The position numbers and the translations under genes were made by a program. 25,599 nucleotides of DNA, taken from IMG/VR virus record IMGVR_UViG_3300017739_000094. One strand, 5' to 3'. The notes below the pieces were generated by a model that worked only from the letters and a program-made list of their open reading frames with translations, made no database searches and had not been told where the DNA came from. Below, one piece after another: positions 14,742 to 22,887 of this stretch (its first letter is position 1; every line of letters starts with the position of its first letter). This DNA comes from a virus.

Positions 14742-15696
14742 AATAGAAAGACCAGAGAATCTATCTTATAAAAATGCTCCTATAGAGCTAAAAGAGGATG
14801 GAGATACAAGATACATAGAGGCAGTTTTTTCATTATTTGAGACTATTGATAGTGATAATGATGTAACTAAAGCTAATGCTTTAAGATCAGGATATTCAGG
14901 CAATAAAGTGCCATTAGTATGGAATCATGATTGGAGTAAAGTAATTGGTAGAGGAATCATAGAAACAGATAATCAAAAAGCTGTGTTTAAAGGATATTTT
15001 TTAGAAACAGAAGCAGGTAAAGAAGCTTATGAAACTGTAAAGGCTATGCAAGATATGCAGCAATTCAGTTATGGATTTCAAGTAATGAAATCTGAAAAGG
15101 GATCACATATTGATTCTAAAGGAGAGGAAGTACCTGTAAGAGTGCTACAAGATGTAAAAGTCTGGGAAGTATCTCCTGTTTTAGTAGGATCACAACAGAA
15201 TAGCTTTGTACAAGCTCTTAAATCAGGCTTAGAGTCTTATGATGATCCAGATGAAAAAATAGATGAAATAGATACAGAGTTTGAGGAAGTAAAAGATGAT
15301 GAGTGCATAGATGAGAAATATGGCAAGAAAAAATGTACTTATGGTAAAGATGGCAAATGTGCCAAAGATATGAATAAAGATTTAGAGATTTCAAGTGAAT
15401 CTGATACAGGTATCAGTAAATCATCCCAACAGGGTATGAGACTTGGAGAACATGCTGTAGCTTCTCTTGAGGAGTTAAAGGCATTCACAGAGAGGATTGA
15501 GGATCTTGCTTCCTTAAGAAACTCTGAAAAAAAGACACTTAGCCAGAAATCTACAGAGATGGTATCTACATACATAGCAGGACTTAATGCAATTTATTCT
15601 AAATTGGATGATGTTGTTGCTCAGTATGGATATGATCCTGTTAAAGATAATGAGCTATTCATTGATGTTCAAAAGAACATTATGAAAAATAACTAA
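14734..15696 (+). CDS. Prohead (capsid maturation) protease, HK97/S78 type, with an acidic/coiled-coil C-terminal extension of about 140 aa
   Basis: N-terminal domain has the motifs ETIDSDNDV, VPLVWNHDWSKVIGRG and VWEVSPVL. Located between portal and capsid genes. The C-terminal part is rich in D/E/K and includes a CX9CX7C cluster. Confidence 0.8.
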   Translation: MNEIERPENLSYKNAPIELKEDGDTRYIEAVFSLFETIDSDNDVTKANALRSGYSGNKVPLVWNHDWSKVIGRGIIETDNQKAVFKGYFLETEAGKEAYETVKAMQDMQQFSYGFQVMKSEKGSHIDSKGEEVPVRVLQDVKVWEVSPVLVGSQQNSFVQALKSGLESYDDPDEKIDEIDTEFEEVKDDECIDEKYGKKKCTYGKDGKCAKDMNKDLEISSESDTGISKSSQQGMRLGEHAVASLEELKAFTERIEDLASLRNSEKKTLSQKSTEMVSTYIAGLNAIYSKLDDVVAQYGYDPVKDNELFIDVQKNIMKNN

Positions 15697-15708
15697 TAGG
15701 AGAAAATA

Positions 15709-16938
15709 ATGGCAACATTAAAAGAAATAAGAGCTGAAAAGGCTCTTAAATCAGAGGAACTTGCTAGAATTTTTGATTCTGTTAAGGATATGTCTGAACT
15801 TTCATCAGATCAAAAAGAGGAAATCAAAAGTAGAAATGATGAATTAGCTTCTTTAGGAGACAAGATTACTGAATTACAGGATCTTGAATCTGTAAAGAAT
15901 GCTAACAATGATGATATGGAAGCTTCTAAAAAAGTTTCTGGAATGCCTGTATATGGAGAGCCAGAAGTTGAAGCTCCAAAATCACTTGGACAACAATTCT
16001 TAGATTCAAAAGCTTATAGTTCTTTTGTTGATCATGGTATAAAGAATGTGCCTTTTGAGGCAAAAACTACTATGACTACTTCTGTTTGGACTAGAGATAC
16101 TGTTTATAGTCAGGTTATACCTGCTATAGAGCCAGATCCTAATCCTGCATTAGATCTAGTAGATTCTATAAATACTGATCAAACAACCTATTACTTTTTG
16201 CAAGAATCAGCAACAAATAATGCTGCAGAAAAAGCAGAAGCTGCTGCAGCTCCAGAGGATGCTTTTACTTATAGTGCTGTTACAGCACCTGTAAGAAAAT
16301 TTATCACAACTTTGCCTATAACAGCAGAGTTGCTTGAGGATCAAGCAGGAGCTAGAGCATATTTTGATGGCAGATTAGCAAATCATGTAATGCAAAGGTT
16401 AGAAAAACAATTCCTAGTTGGTGGTGGTGTAGCTCCAGATATTAAAGGACTTACACAACAAACAGGAATTAATACAATCACTTACACAGCAGGAGCATAT
16501 CCTGCAAATGCAGGTGGTAAATTAAGAACAATCCTACAGGGTATTAAAGATATTGAAGTTAATGGAAAATTAGCTCCAGATGCTATCTTGATGTCTCCTG
16601 CTGCTTATGAAGCATTAGCAGGACAAGTTGATGGCAACAATAACTTTATGTTAGGTGTTTCTGCACAAGCAGGAAGCCCAACTATCTGGGGATTGCCTGT
16701 TGTTAAATCATCACAAATTGGTGGAGCTGTATCTACTACTATTGATGTAGTTGTAGGTAAGTTTGGTGGATCTTTAGCTGCTAACCATGTTTTCAGGAGA
16801 GGAATGGAATTACAAATTTCAGATTCTGCTGCAGATGGGGACTTTGGCAAAGATATATTAACTGTTAAAGCATCTTTAAGATATGCTTTAGCTGTGTATA
16901 AGCCACAAGCTTTCACAAGAATTAATGATATTGAATAA
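15709..16938 (+). CDS. Major capsid protein, HK97 fold, with an N-terminal delta/scaffold-like coiled coil
   Basis: 409 aa. The N-terminal ~100 aa are helical (MATLKEIRAEKALKSEELARIF...). Capsid-type core (TYYFLQE, PVRKFITTLPITAELLED, ILMSPAAYEAL, WGLPVV). Canonical gene order. Confidence 0.9.
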   Translation: MATLKEIRAEKALKSEELARIFDSVKDMSELSSDQKEEIKSRNDELASLGDKITELQDLESVKNANNDDMEASKKVSGMPVYGEPEVEAPKSLGQQFLDSKAYSSFVDHGIKNVPFEAKTTMTTSVWTRDTVYSQVIPAIEPDPNPALDLVDSINTDQTTYYFLQESATNNAAEKAEAAAAPEDAFTYSAVTAPVRKFITTLPITAELLEDQAGARAYFDGRLANHVMQRLEKQFLVGGGVAPDIKGLTQQTGINTITYTAGAYPANAGGKLRTILQGIKDIEVNGKLAPDAILMSPAAYEALAGQVDGNNNFMLGVSAQAGSPTIWGLPVVKSSQIGGAVSTTIDVVVGKFGGSLAANHVFRRGMELQISDSAADGDFGKDILTVKASLRYALAVYKPQAFTRINDIE

Positions 16939-16950
16939 TAGATAATTAAT

Positions 16951-17226
16951 ATGGAAAATAAACAGAGTCAATCTTTTATTATGAGTAATGAAGTGATTGG
17001 CTCTGCTTTCCATGAGGAGAATAAAAATATGAAGTTTATAGAAAAAGAATCAGATTTTGTTTGGCAAGATAGTGCCACAGGTAAGTTTGGTAAAGGCAAA
17101 AATTGCCCATTCCAAAGTGGAGTTCTAATAGCAAGTATGGGAGATCCTGTACCTGATGTTAAGATTGCACCTAAAAAAGCTGCTGCACCTAAAACAAAAG
17201 CTGTAAAACCATCAGAAAATAAGTAA
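16951..17226 (+). CDS. Hypothetical small protein with a Lys/Ala/Pro-rich tail (possible head-associated protein)
   Basis: ORF between the capsid and connector genes. The internal ATG at 17029 has a better RBS (gaggag 9 nt upstream), so the true start may be there. Confidence 0.5.
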   Translation: MENKQSQSFIMSNEVIGSAFHEENKNMKFIEKESDFVWQDSATGKFGKGKNCPFQSGVLIASMGDPVPDVKIAPKKAAAPKTKAVKPSENK

Positions 17227-17243
17227 TTAAAAGGAGTTAGATA

Positions 17244-17939
17244 TTGAGTCATCAATATGTAGATAAGAACACCTTAAAGACTTGGATGGGCTTATCAGGA
17301 TCAACACAAGATACAAATTTAGATTATGCACTAGATGCAGCTTCTGCTGCTATTGATGCTTACTGTGGTAGGCAATTTACTATATCTGCTGCAGTAGAAA
17401 CTAGATTGTATGATTGTGAATTCATGGATTATGCAGATATTGATGATATTGCAACAACTACAGGGCTTATAGTTAAAACACTTAATGCTGATGGCTCAGT
17501 TGCTGAAACATTAACTTTAAATACAGATTATTATTTAGCTCCTTATAATGCAGATAAATTAGATCCTATATTGCCATTTACTAAAATAATTATGGCTATA
17601 GAGAAATCAGGTAAAGTTTTACCTACAGAACATAGACAGGGTTTATCAATTACAGCTAAGTTTGGTAGCCCAATACAAGAGGGATCAAATGCTGTTCCTG
17701 CTGCAGTTGCACAAGCAACATTAATACAAGCCTCAAGATTCTTTCAGAGAAAAAATAGCCCAATGGGTTTTTCTGGTAATCCAGAAACAGGACAACCTGC
17801 TGTGGTATTTTTATCAGAATTAGATCCAGATGTTAAGAACTTAGTTAAAACATTTAAGAAAACAACAATAACTCTTGCATCAGGGAGACCATATGTTGGA
17901 CTTACTGCTATAAATACCAATAGACAGTATGATCTATGA
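17244..17939 (+). CDS. Head-tail connector/adaptor (gp6-like)
   Basis: TTG start with aaggag 7 nt upstream. N-terminal signature typical of gp6-like connectors (LKTWMGLSGSTQDTNLDYALDAASAAIDAYCGRQF). Confidence 0.65.
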   Translation: MSHQYVDKNTLKTWMGLSGSTQDTNLDYALDAASAAIDAYCGRQFTISAAVETRLYDCEFMDYADIDDIATTTGLIVKTLNADGSVAETLTLNTDYYLAPYNADKLDPILPFTKIIMAIEKSGKVLPTEHRQGLSITAKFGSPIQEGSNAVPAAVAQATLIQASRFFQRKNSPMGFSGNPETGQPAVVFLSELDPDVKNLVKTFKKTTITLASGRPYVGLTAINTNRQYDL

Positions 17940-18499
17940 AACTAACACTAAATGGAGCTTTAGATCTTAGTAGATCTATTAATTCACAATCTATTTGGAA
18001 TAAGAGAAGTAATGACTTCTTTAATGACTTAGCAAGAGAACTTAAACAAGATTCTTTAAATGCACTAGAAAACAAGCCATCTCCTAGATCACAAGCAGGT
18101 AGAGGAAACAAAAACACAGGTAAGACTAGGAGATCAGTATTTACAGCTAAACTAGGGAACACAAATAGACTTAGAATGTCTGAGGGCTTTAAATTAGCTA
18201 CAGATCTTAACTATGCACCTTTTATTCATGGTAAGCCAATATATAGAGGATTTAGCCCAATAAAAAGAACAAAGCCATTTTTTCCTCCATATCAAGAGGG
18301 ATCAAGCCTAGCTAAATGGGCTAAGAGAGGACAACCTAAGATGAATCCTTTTCTTGTTGCTAGAGCAATATCTAAGAGAGGTTTAAAGATGAAGCCATTC
18401 ATTGGTGGTGTTGTTTATGAGAAACAAAAAGAGATTAAAGAGGGTGCAGAGGATATGTTAAGATTAATAGCAAGAGATATAGCTAGGAGTGTTAAGTAA
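17936..18499 (+). CDS. Neck/tail-completion protein (HK97 gp10-like)
   Basis: ATGA overlap with the connector gene. LNYAPFIHGK resembles the YA..vE.G motif of the gp10 family. Position is consistent. Confidence 0.5.
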   Translation: MKLTLNGALDLSRSINSQSIWNKRSNDFFNDLARELKQDSLNALENKPSPRSQAGRGNKNTGKTRRSVFTAKLGNTNRLRMSEGFKLATDLNYAPFIHGKPIYRGFSPIKRTKPFFPPYQEGSSLAKWAKRGQPKMNPFLVARAISKRGLKMKPFIGGVVYEKQKEIKEGAEDMLRLIARDIARSVK

Positions 18500-18909
18500 T
18501 GGCTTTATTAACAAGTATTAGAGATGGCTTAAAAACAAGATTAGAAACAATATCTGGACTTACTGCAAGTGAGTTTGTGCCAGATTATATAGTACCTCCA
18601 ATAGCACTTGTAGCACCTTTAAACACTTTAAATTATGATTCAACAATGGGCAGAGGTGCAGATACTTATGAAATACCAATAGTTGTTTATATATCAAGAA
18701 TAGATGCTCAAACTTCACAGGATGAGGTAGATGCTTACTTAGCTTCATCAGGAGCAACATCAATAAAAGCTGCTATTGAGGGAGATCCAACTTTGGGAGG
18801 GGCAGCAATGTCTGTTAGAGTAATAAGTGCAACTGATTATGGAGAGTATGAAGTTACACAGGGTACAAGCTATCTTGGTGTAACATTCAATGTAGAGGTA
18901 ATAGCATGA
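18499..18909 (+). CDS. Tail terminator / tail-completion protein (putative)
   Basis: 136 aa, TAATG overlap, last neck gene before the tail-tube genes. The assignment is mostly positional. Confidence 0.45.
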   Translation: MALLTSIRDGLKTRLETISGLTASEFVPDYIVPPIALVAPLNTLNYDSTMGRGADTYEIPIVVYISRIDAQTSQDEVDAYLASSGATSIKAAIEGDPTLGGAAMSVRVISATDYGEYEVTQGTSYLGVTFNVEVIA

Positions 18910-19073
18910 AAGTAAAAATATTAATTGGAAGTGATTTTCCAATAAACAAAAAAGAAGTAAGAGCTGAAGCAGGAGAAGTCTTAGAATTGCCTGATAAAGT
19001 GGCTAAAGCATTAATTAAGAACAATGCAGCAATTAAGTTTGATAGTAAAATGATGAAAGAGGAGGAGGAGTAA
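18906..19073 (+). CDS. Small 55 aa protein (MKVKILIGSDFPINKKEVRAEAGEVLELPDKVAKALIKNNAAIKFDSKMMKEEEE)
   Basis: Hand translation. ATGA overlap with the upstream stop, and it ends TAA directly abutting the next ATG (19074). It fills the gap exactly. Too short for the supplied ORF track. Confidence 0.6.
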   Translation: MKVKILIGSDFPINKKEVRAEAGEVLELPDKVAKALIKNNAAIKFDSKMMKEEEE

Positions 19074-19784
19074 ATGCCTACATTTTCACATGGTAAAGAT
19101 GCAGTAATATTATTAGATAATACTAATCTTTCAACAACATTAACAGATGCCTCCTTATCACTTACAGCAGATGTAACAGAAACTTCTACATTTTCTAGCT
19201 CTAGTAAAAGCTATGTAGCAGGATTAAAAGATGGCACAGCTACTCTTTCTGGTTACTTTGAAACTTCATCTCCAGATTCAGATGCTGAGTATTTAGCTCA
19301 GTTGGGAGGATCTGGGGCAGCATTCTCTATTGCACCAATAGGATATACTAGAGGGAATGCTGTATCTTTTGGCACTACATTAGAAACATCTTATGATAGA
19401 TCAGCAGATGTAGGATCAATAGTTGCAGTAGCTGTAGCATTTCAATTTAGTGGAGATGCTTATAATGGTAAGTCTTTACTTACACCAACTGCTGTATCAA
19501 GTACAAGTAATCAAACATCAGTAGATTTTGCAGCTGCAGGTACAAATGGTGGTGCAGGAGTTCTGCATTGTACAGTAAGTAGTGGTAGCCCAACTTTAGA
19601 TGTTAAAATACAAACAAGTGCTGATAATGCTTCTTTTTCTGATTATATTACATTTACTCAGGCAACAGGAACAACATCAGAACTAAAAACAAGTGCAAGT
19701 AATCCTGCAAGATATGCAAGAGCAGTTCTTACCTTTGGTGGATCTGGTAGCATAACAGCAGCAGTAGGATTTGCACAAGGATAA
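19074..19784 (+). CDS. Major tail (tube) protein, long paralog with a C-terminal extra domain of about 100 aa
   Basis: Strong RBS (gaggaggaggag). Located upstream of the chaperone and tape-measure genes. The N-terminal ~135 aa are homologous to 19808..20218. The Ser/Thr/Ala-rich, beta-type C-terminal extension suggests an Ig-like decoration. Confidence 0.7.
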   Translation: MPTFSHGKDAVILLDNTNLSTTLTDASLSLTADVTETSTFSSSSKSYVAGLKDGTATLSGYFETSSPDSDAEYLAQLGGSGAAFSIAPIGYTRGNAVSFGTTLETSYDRSADVGSIVAVAVAFQFSGDAYNGKSLLTPTAVSSTSNQTSVDFAAAGTNGGAGVLHCTVSSGSPTLDVKIQTSADNASFSDYITFTQATGTTSELKTSASNPARYARAVLTFGGSGSITAAVGFAQG

Positions 19785-19807
19785 ATTAAGGAAAGAGGAG
19801 AGGATAA

Positions 19808-20218
19808 ATGCCAACATTTACACATGGAAAAAGTGCAGTATTTAAAATAGATGATTCTGGAGGAACATTAAGAGATATTTCTAATGTTTTAACAGATGTA
19901 TCTATATCTAAAACTGCTGATGTAGCTGAAGTTTCAGCATTTTCTAATAGTTCTAAAGCTTATGTAGCAGGACTAAAAGATGCTGTTATCACTATATCTG
20001 GATCTTTTGATGCAACTGTTGATGGTTATCTCAAAGCTATAGTTGGAACTGCAGCAGGATCTTTTGAGTTCTATCCAATAGGAACTACAGGAGGCAATCC
20101 AAAAGCATCAGGTAATGCTATTTGTACAAGTTATGATAGAACACCAGATGTTGGAGGAGCTGTATCATTTTCTGCAAGTTTTCAAGTTAGTGGAGATGTA
20201 ACTGAGGGAACTGCTTAG
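19808..20218 (+). CDS. Tail tube protein paralog, short form (136 aa)
   Basis: MPTFTHGKSAV... aligns with MPTFSHGKDAV... of the upstream gene (SK(A/S)YVAGLKD, SG.F, PIG, SYDR..DVG, FQ.SGD). Strong RBS (agaggagagg). Confidence 0.7.
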   Translation: MPTFTHGKSAVFKIDDSGGTLRDISNVLTDVSISKTADVAEVSAFSNSSKAYVAGLKDAVITISGSFDATVDGYLKAIVGTAAGSFEFYPIGTTGGNPKASGNAICTSYDRTPDVGGAVSFSASFQVSGDVTEGTA

Positions 20219-20256
20219 AATATAAATTAAGTAATTCACAACAGAAAGAGGTAATC

Positions 20257-20607
20257 ATGAAAAGACTTACTTTAGATGATATATCTAATGCACCATCTTT
20301 ACCTGAAAAAGAAGTTGAAATTCCTGAATGGAAAGCAACTGTATTAGTTACAGGTTTAACTAAAGCTGATACTGTTGAAATCAATGAACTTTCAGAGGTA
20401 GATGATGTTAGAGATGAAGTCTTATTTGAAAAACACCTTTTGCTCAAAGGCTTAAAAGAGCCACAACTAGATGATTTAGATCAAGTTGAGGAGTTCTATA
20501 GTAAAGCTACACCTGCAATAATAGACAAAATATTAATAGGCATTTATAGGTGTATGGCTTGGACTAAGGAGGATCAGGCTAATATAGCCTCTGAGTTTCC
20601 AGAATAG
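20257..20607 (+). CDS. Tail assembly chaperone (gpG-like)
   Basis: 116 aa acidic protein immediately upstream of the tape measure, which is the canonical position. Confidence 0.7.
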   Translation: MKRLTLDDISNAPSLPEKEVEIPEWKATVLVTGLTKADTVEINELSEVDDVRDEVLFEKHLLLKGLKEPQLDDLDQVEEFYSKATPAIIDKILIGIYRCMAWTKEDQANIASEFPE

Positions 20608-20785
20608 TACAGAGTTGGCTTTTGAATTTAGACTAGCTTTAGATTTAGGCATGACAGTTGATGTTCTAAGAAAGTCTATGAGTATGCAAGAATTTGAGTC
20701 TTGGAAGTTATACTACATAGATAGAAATAAAAAAGAGCATAAGGCTAGAACAGAAGCTAATGCTAGAGCAAAATTGAGGAGATAA
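20257..20785 (+). CDS. Frameshift-extended tail assembly chaperone (gpGT-like), requiring a +1 shift near 20596..20600
   Basis: A 65-codon open frame (20588..20785) fills the whole chaperone-to-tape-measure gap. It is in the +1 frame relative to 20257..20607 and ends in TAATG with the tape-measure start. Confidence 0.55.
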
Positions 20786-22887
20786 TGGCTAGAGCAACTT
20801 TAGAAATGTTTTTGAAGCTTTCTGGAGCTGATAAGACTTCCAGAGGCTTAGATAAAGTATCTAAATCATCAAAAAAATTAGATACTGATGTTAATAATAC
20901 ATCTAAATCAAATGCTCAATTTGCTGCAGGTATGTCTGGACTAGGTAAGGCAGCAGTAGCAGGTGCATCTATATTTGCTGCTAGAGCTTTAGCTGATTTT
21001 GCTAGAGATTCAGTTATGGCAGCAAGTTCTGCTCAAGAAGCTGCAGCAGCTTTTGGAACTACTTTTGGAGGTGCAGCTGCAGATTTAACAGAGCAATTAC
21101 AAAGAAATGCACAATTATTTGGATTAACTACATCAGAAGCACAACAATTAATAGGTGTATTTGGTGCTGTTGCACAGGGTATGGGTTTTACACAAAATGA
21201 AGCCTCAGATTTATCATCAAGATTATTTGGCTTGTCTGGAGATATAGCATCTTTTAATAACATTGCAGCAGGTGCTGAGCCTGTTCTAAGAGCATTTCAA
21301 TCAGCAATAGTTGGAGAAAGAGAGGCTCTTAAAACTTATGGTATAGCTATTTCAGAAGCAGAAGTACAAACAAAAGCTTTTGAGATGACAGGCAAGAAAT
21401 CAGCAGATGCACTTACTAGACAAGAAAAAGCATTAGCCACTACAGAATTATTATTTCAAAAAGCCTCTGTACAGATTGGTAATGCTGAAAGAGAAGCTGA
21501 TGGATTTGCTGCACAGATGTTACAAACAAGAGCTGCTACAGCAGAATTAAAAGAGCAAGTTGGTGCAGAACTTTTACCTGCAGCAGCAGAGTTGTTAGGT
21601 AATTTTAATAGTTTTGTAGATACTGTTGCTCCTGCTGTTATTAGTGCATTTGGTTTAGTTGGAGATGCAATTACTACTACAGCAGAGCTTACTGATAAAG
21701 GCACTGATGTATTTACAGATTTTATTAAAAGATATATTTTAGGACAAAGAGTTATTAAAGAGGAGGAGGGAGCTATTGAGGATTTTAATAAAGCAGTTAA
21801 AGAAAATAATGAAGTTTTAAATGAAAACTCTGTAAATATTTTTAATGCTGTTGGTTTTTCACAAGATTTTACAAATGTACTTAGAATGAAAGAAAAAGCA
21901 TACTCCTCTTTAAATAAAGAAATAACAGTTAATAGATCATTTCTTAATATAAATAGAGTTGCACAAGACAAATATCAAACTTTATTAAACAAAAAGACAT
22001 TACCAACACTTGAAAGATATCTTAAATTTATGAATCTTTTAAATGATGAAAATGAATTTACAGAGGACAAAGCTGCAGAACTTGCCTCTGCTCAAGATAG
22101 ATTAACAGAAGCACAAAGAAAAGAAGCTCTTTCTACTGCTGAGGAAGCCTTACAGAAAAAAGAACTAACAAAAGAAATAGCAGAATTATTATTTTTTCAG
22201 CAACAGGGTGCTAATGTCTCTGAGGAGTTAGCAGTAGCACAAGAAAAACTTAGATTAATAGAGTTTGAATTAACAAGAGAATCAGAGGAATTAAGAGATG
22301 CTAAAGCTGATTTAGCAGAAGTAGAAGCAGAGTTAGTTCCAAAAATTGATGAAACTACAGAGTCATTAGCTACACAAGCAGAAAAATTCATATTACTTAA
22401 TGAAAAAGTTGAAGAATTTAAAGAATTAGCTGCTGATGAGGAGTTCATGGCTATTGCAAATAAAGCAGATGCAGCAAATCCATTTTTAGCTATAGGACTT
22501 GGGTTAATGAGTGAATTAGCAGAATTGCAAGGATTAAATGACAGAGCAAAAGAGCTAGACAATTTTGCTAAAGCTGCTGAAAGATTAGCAGCAGCACAAG
22601 CAGGTTTGTTTGATGATGTTCCTACTACTAAATTTACACCTCCAACTTTAGATCCATCTAAACTTTTGCCACCTAATTTTATTGACAAAGGCTTATTAGA
22701 TGCTTTATCAGGTAATGGTAATGGAGCAGTAGTAGATGGAGATGTGTTAGGAGATCAATCTAATGTTAATAGCAATAACTCTGGTGGAGATACTAATCTT
22801 AATTTAACTTTAGAACTTGATGGAGAAGCAATACAAAAATTTAATACTAAATTGCAACAACAGGGTAAAACTTTTTTGGTTAATTAA
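20785..22887 (+). CDS. Tape measure protein, 700 aa
   Basis: Largest tail gene, Ala/Gly/Leu-rich N-terminal region and long coiled coils. Lies downstream of the chaperone pair. At about 1.5 Angstrom per residue this predicts a tail of roughly 100 nm. Confidence 0.9.
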   Translation: MARATLEMFLKLSGADKTSRGLDKVSKSSKKLDTDVNNTSKSNAQFAAGMSGLGKAAVAGASIFAARALADFARDSVMAASSAQEAAAAFGTTFGGAAADLTEQLQRNAQLFGLTTSEAQQLIGVFGAVAQGMGFTQNEASDLSSRLFGLSGDIASFNNIAAGAEPVLRAFQSAIVGEREALKTYGIAISEAEVQTKAFEMTGKKSADALTRQEKALATTELLFQKASVQIGNAEREADGFAAQMLQTRAATAELKEQVGAELLPAAAELLGNFNSFVDTVAPAVISAFGLVGDAITTTAELTDKGTDVFTDFIKRYILGQRVIKEEEGAIEDFNKAVKENNEVLNENSVNIFNAVGFSQDFTNVLRMKEKAYSSLNKEITVNRSFLNINRVAQDKYQTLLNKKTLPTLERYLKFMNLLNDENEFTEDKAAELASAQDRLTEAQRKEALSTAEEALQKKELTKEIAELLFFQQQGANVSEELAVAQEKLRLIEFELTRESEELRDAKADLAEVEAELVPKIDETTESLATQAEKFILLNEKVEEFKELAADEEFMAIANKADAANPFLAIGLGLMSELAELQGLNDRAKELDNFAKAAERLAAAQAGLFDDVPTTKFTPPTLDPSKLLPPNFIDKGLLDALSGNGNGAVVDGDVLGDQSNVNSNNSGGDTNLNLTLELDGEAIQKFNTKLQQQGKTFLVN

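Noticed and set aside
20595-20636. Canonical -1 frameshift for the tail assembly chaperone.
   Set aside because: The -1 frame closes after 13 codons (TAG at 20634..20636), and no XXXYYYZ heptamer is visible near the end of the gene. Only the +1 frame is open all the way to the tape-measure start.
21456-22688. Long minus-strand ORFs (21456..21971 and 22197..22688) inside the tape-measure gene.
   Set aside because: They lie wholly antisense to a strongly supported + strand gene, have Ser/Ala/Leu/Asn low-complexity composition typical of the antisense frame of Ala/Glu/Leu-rich genes, and show no RBS.
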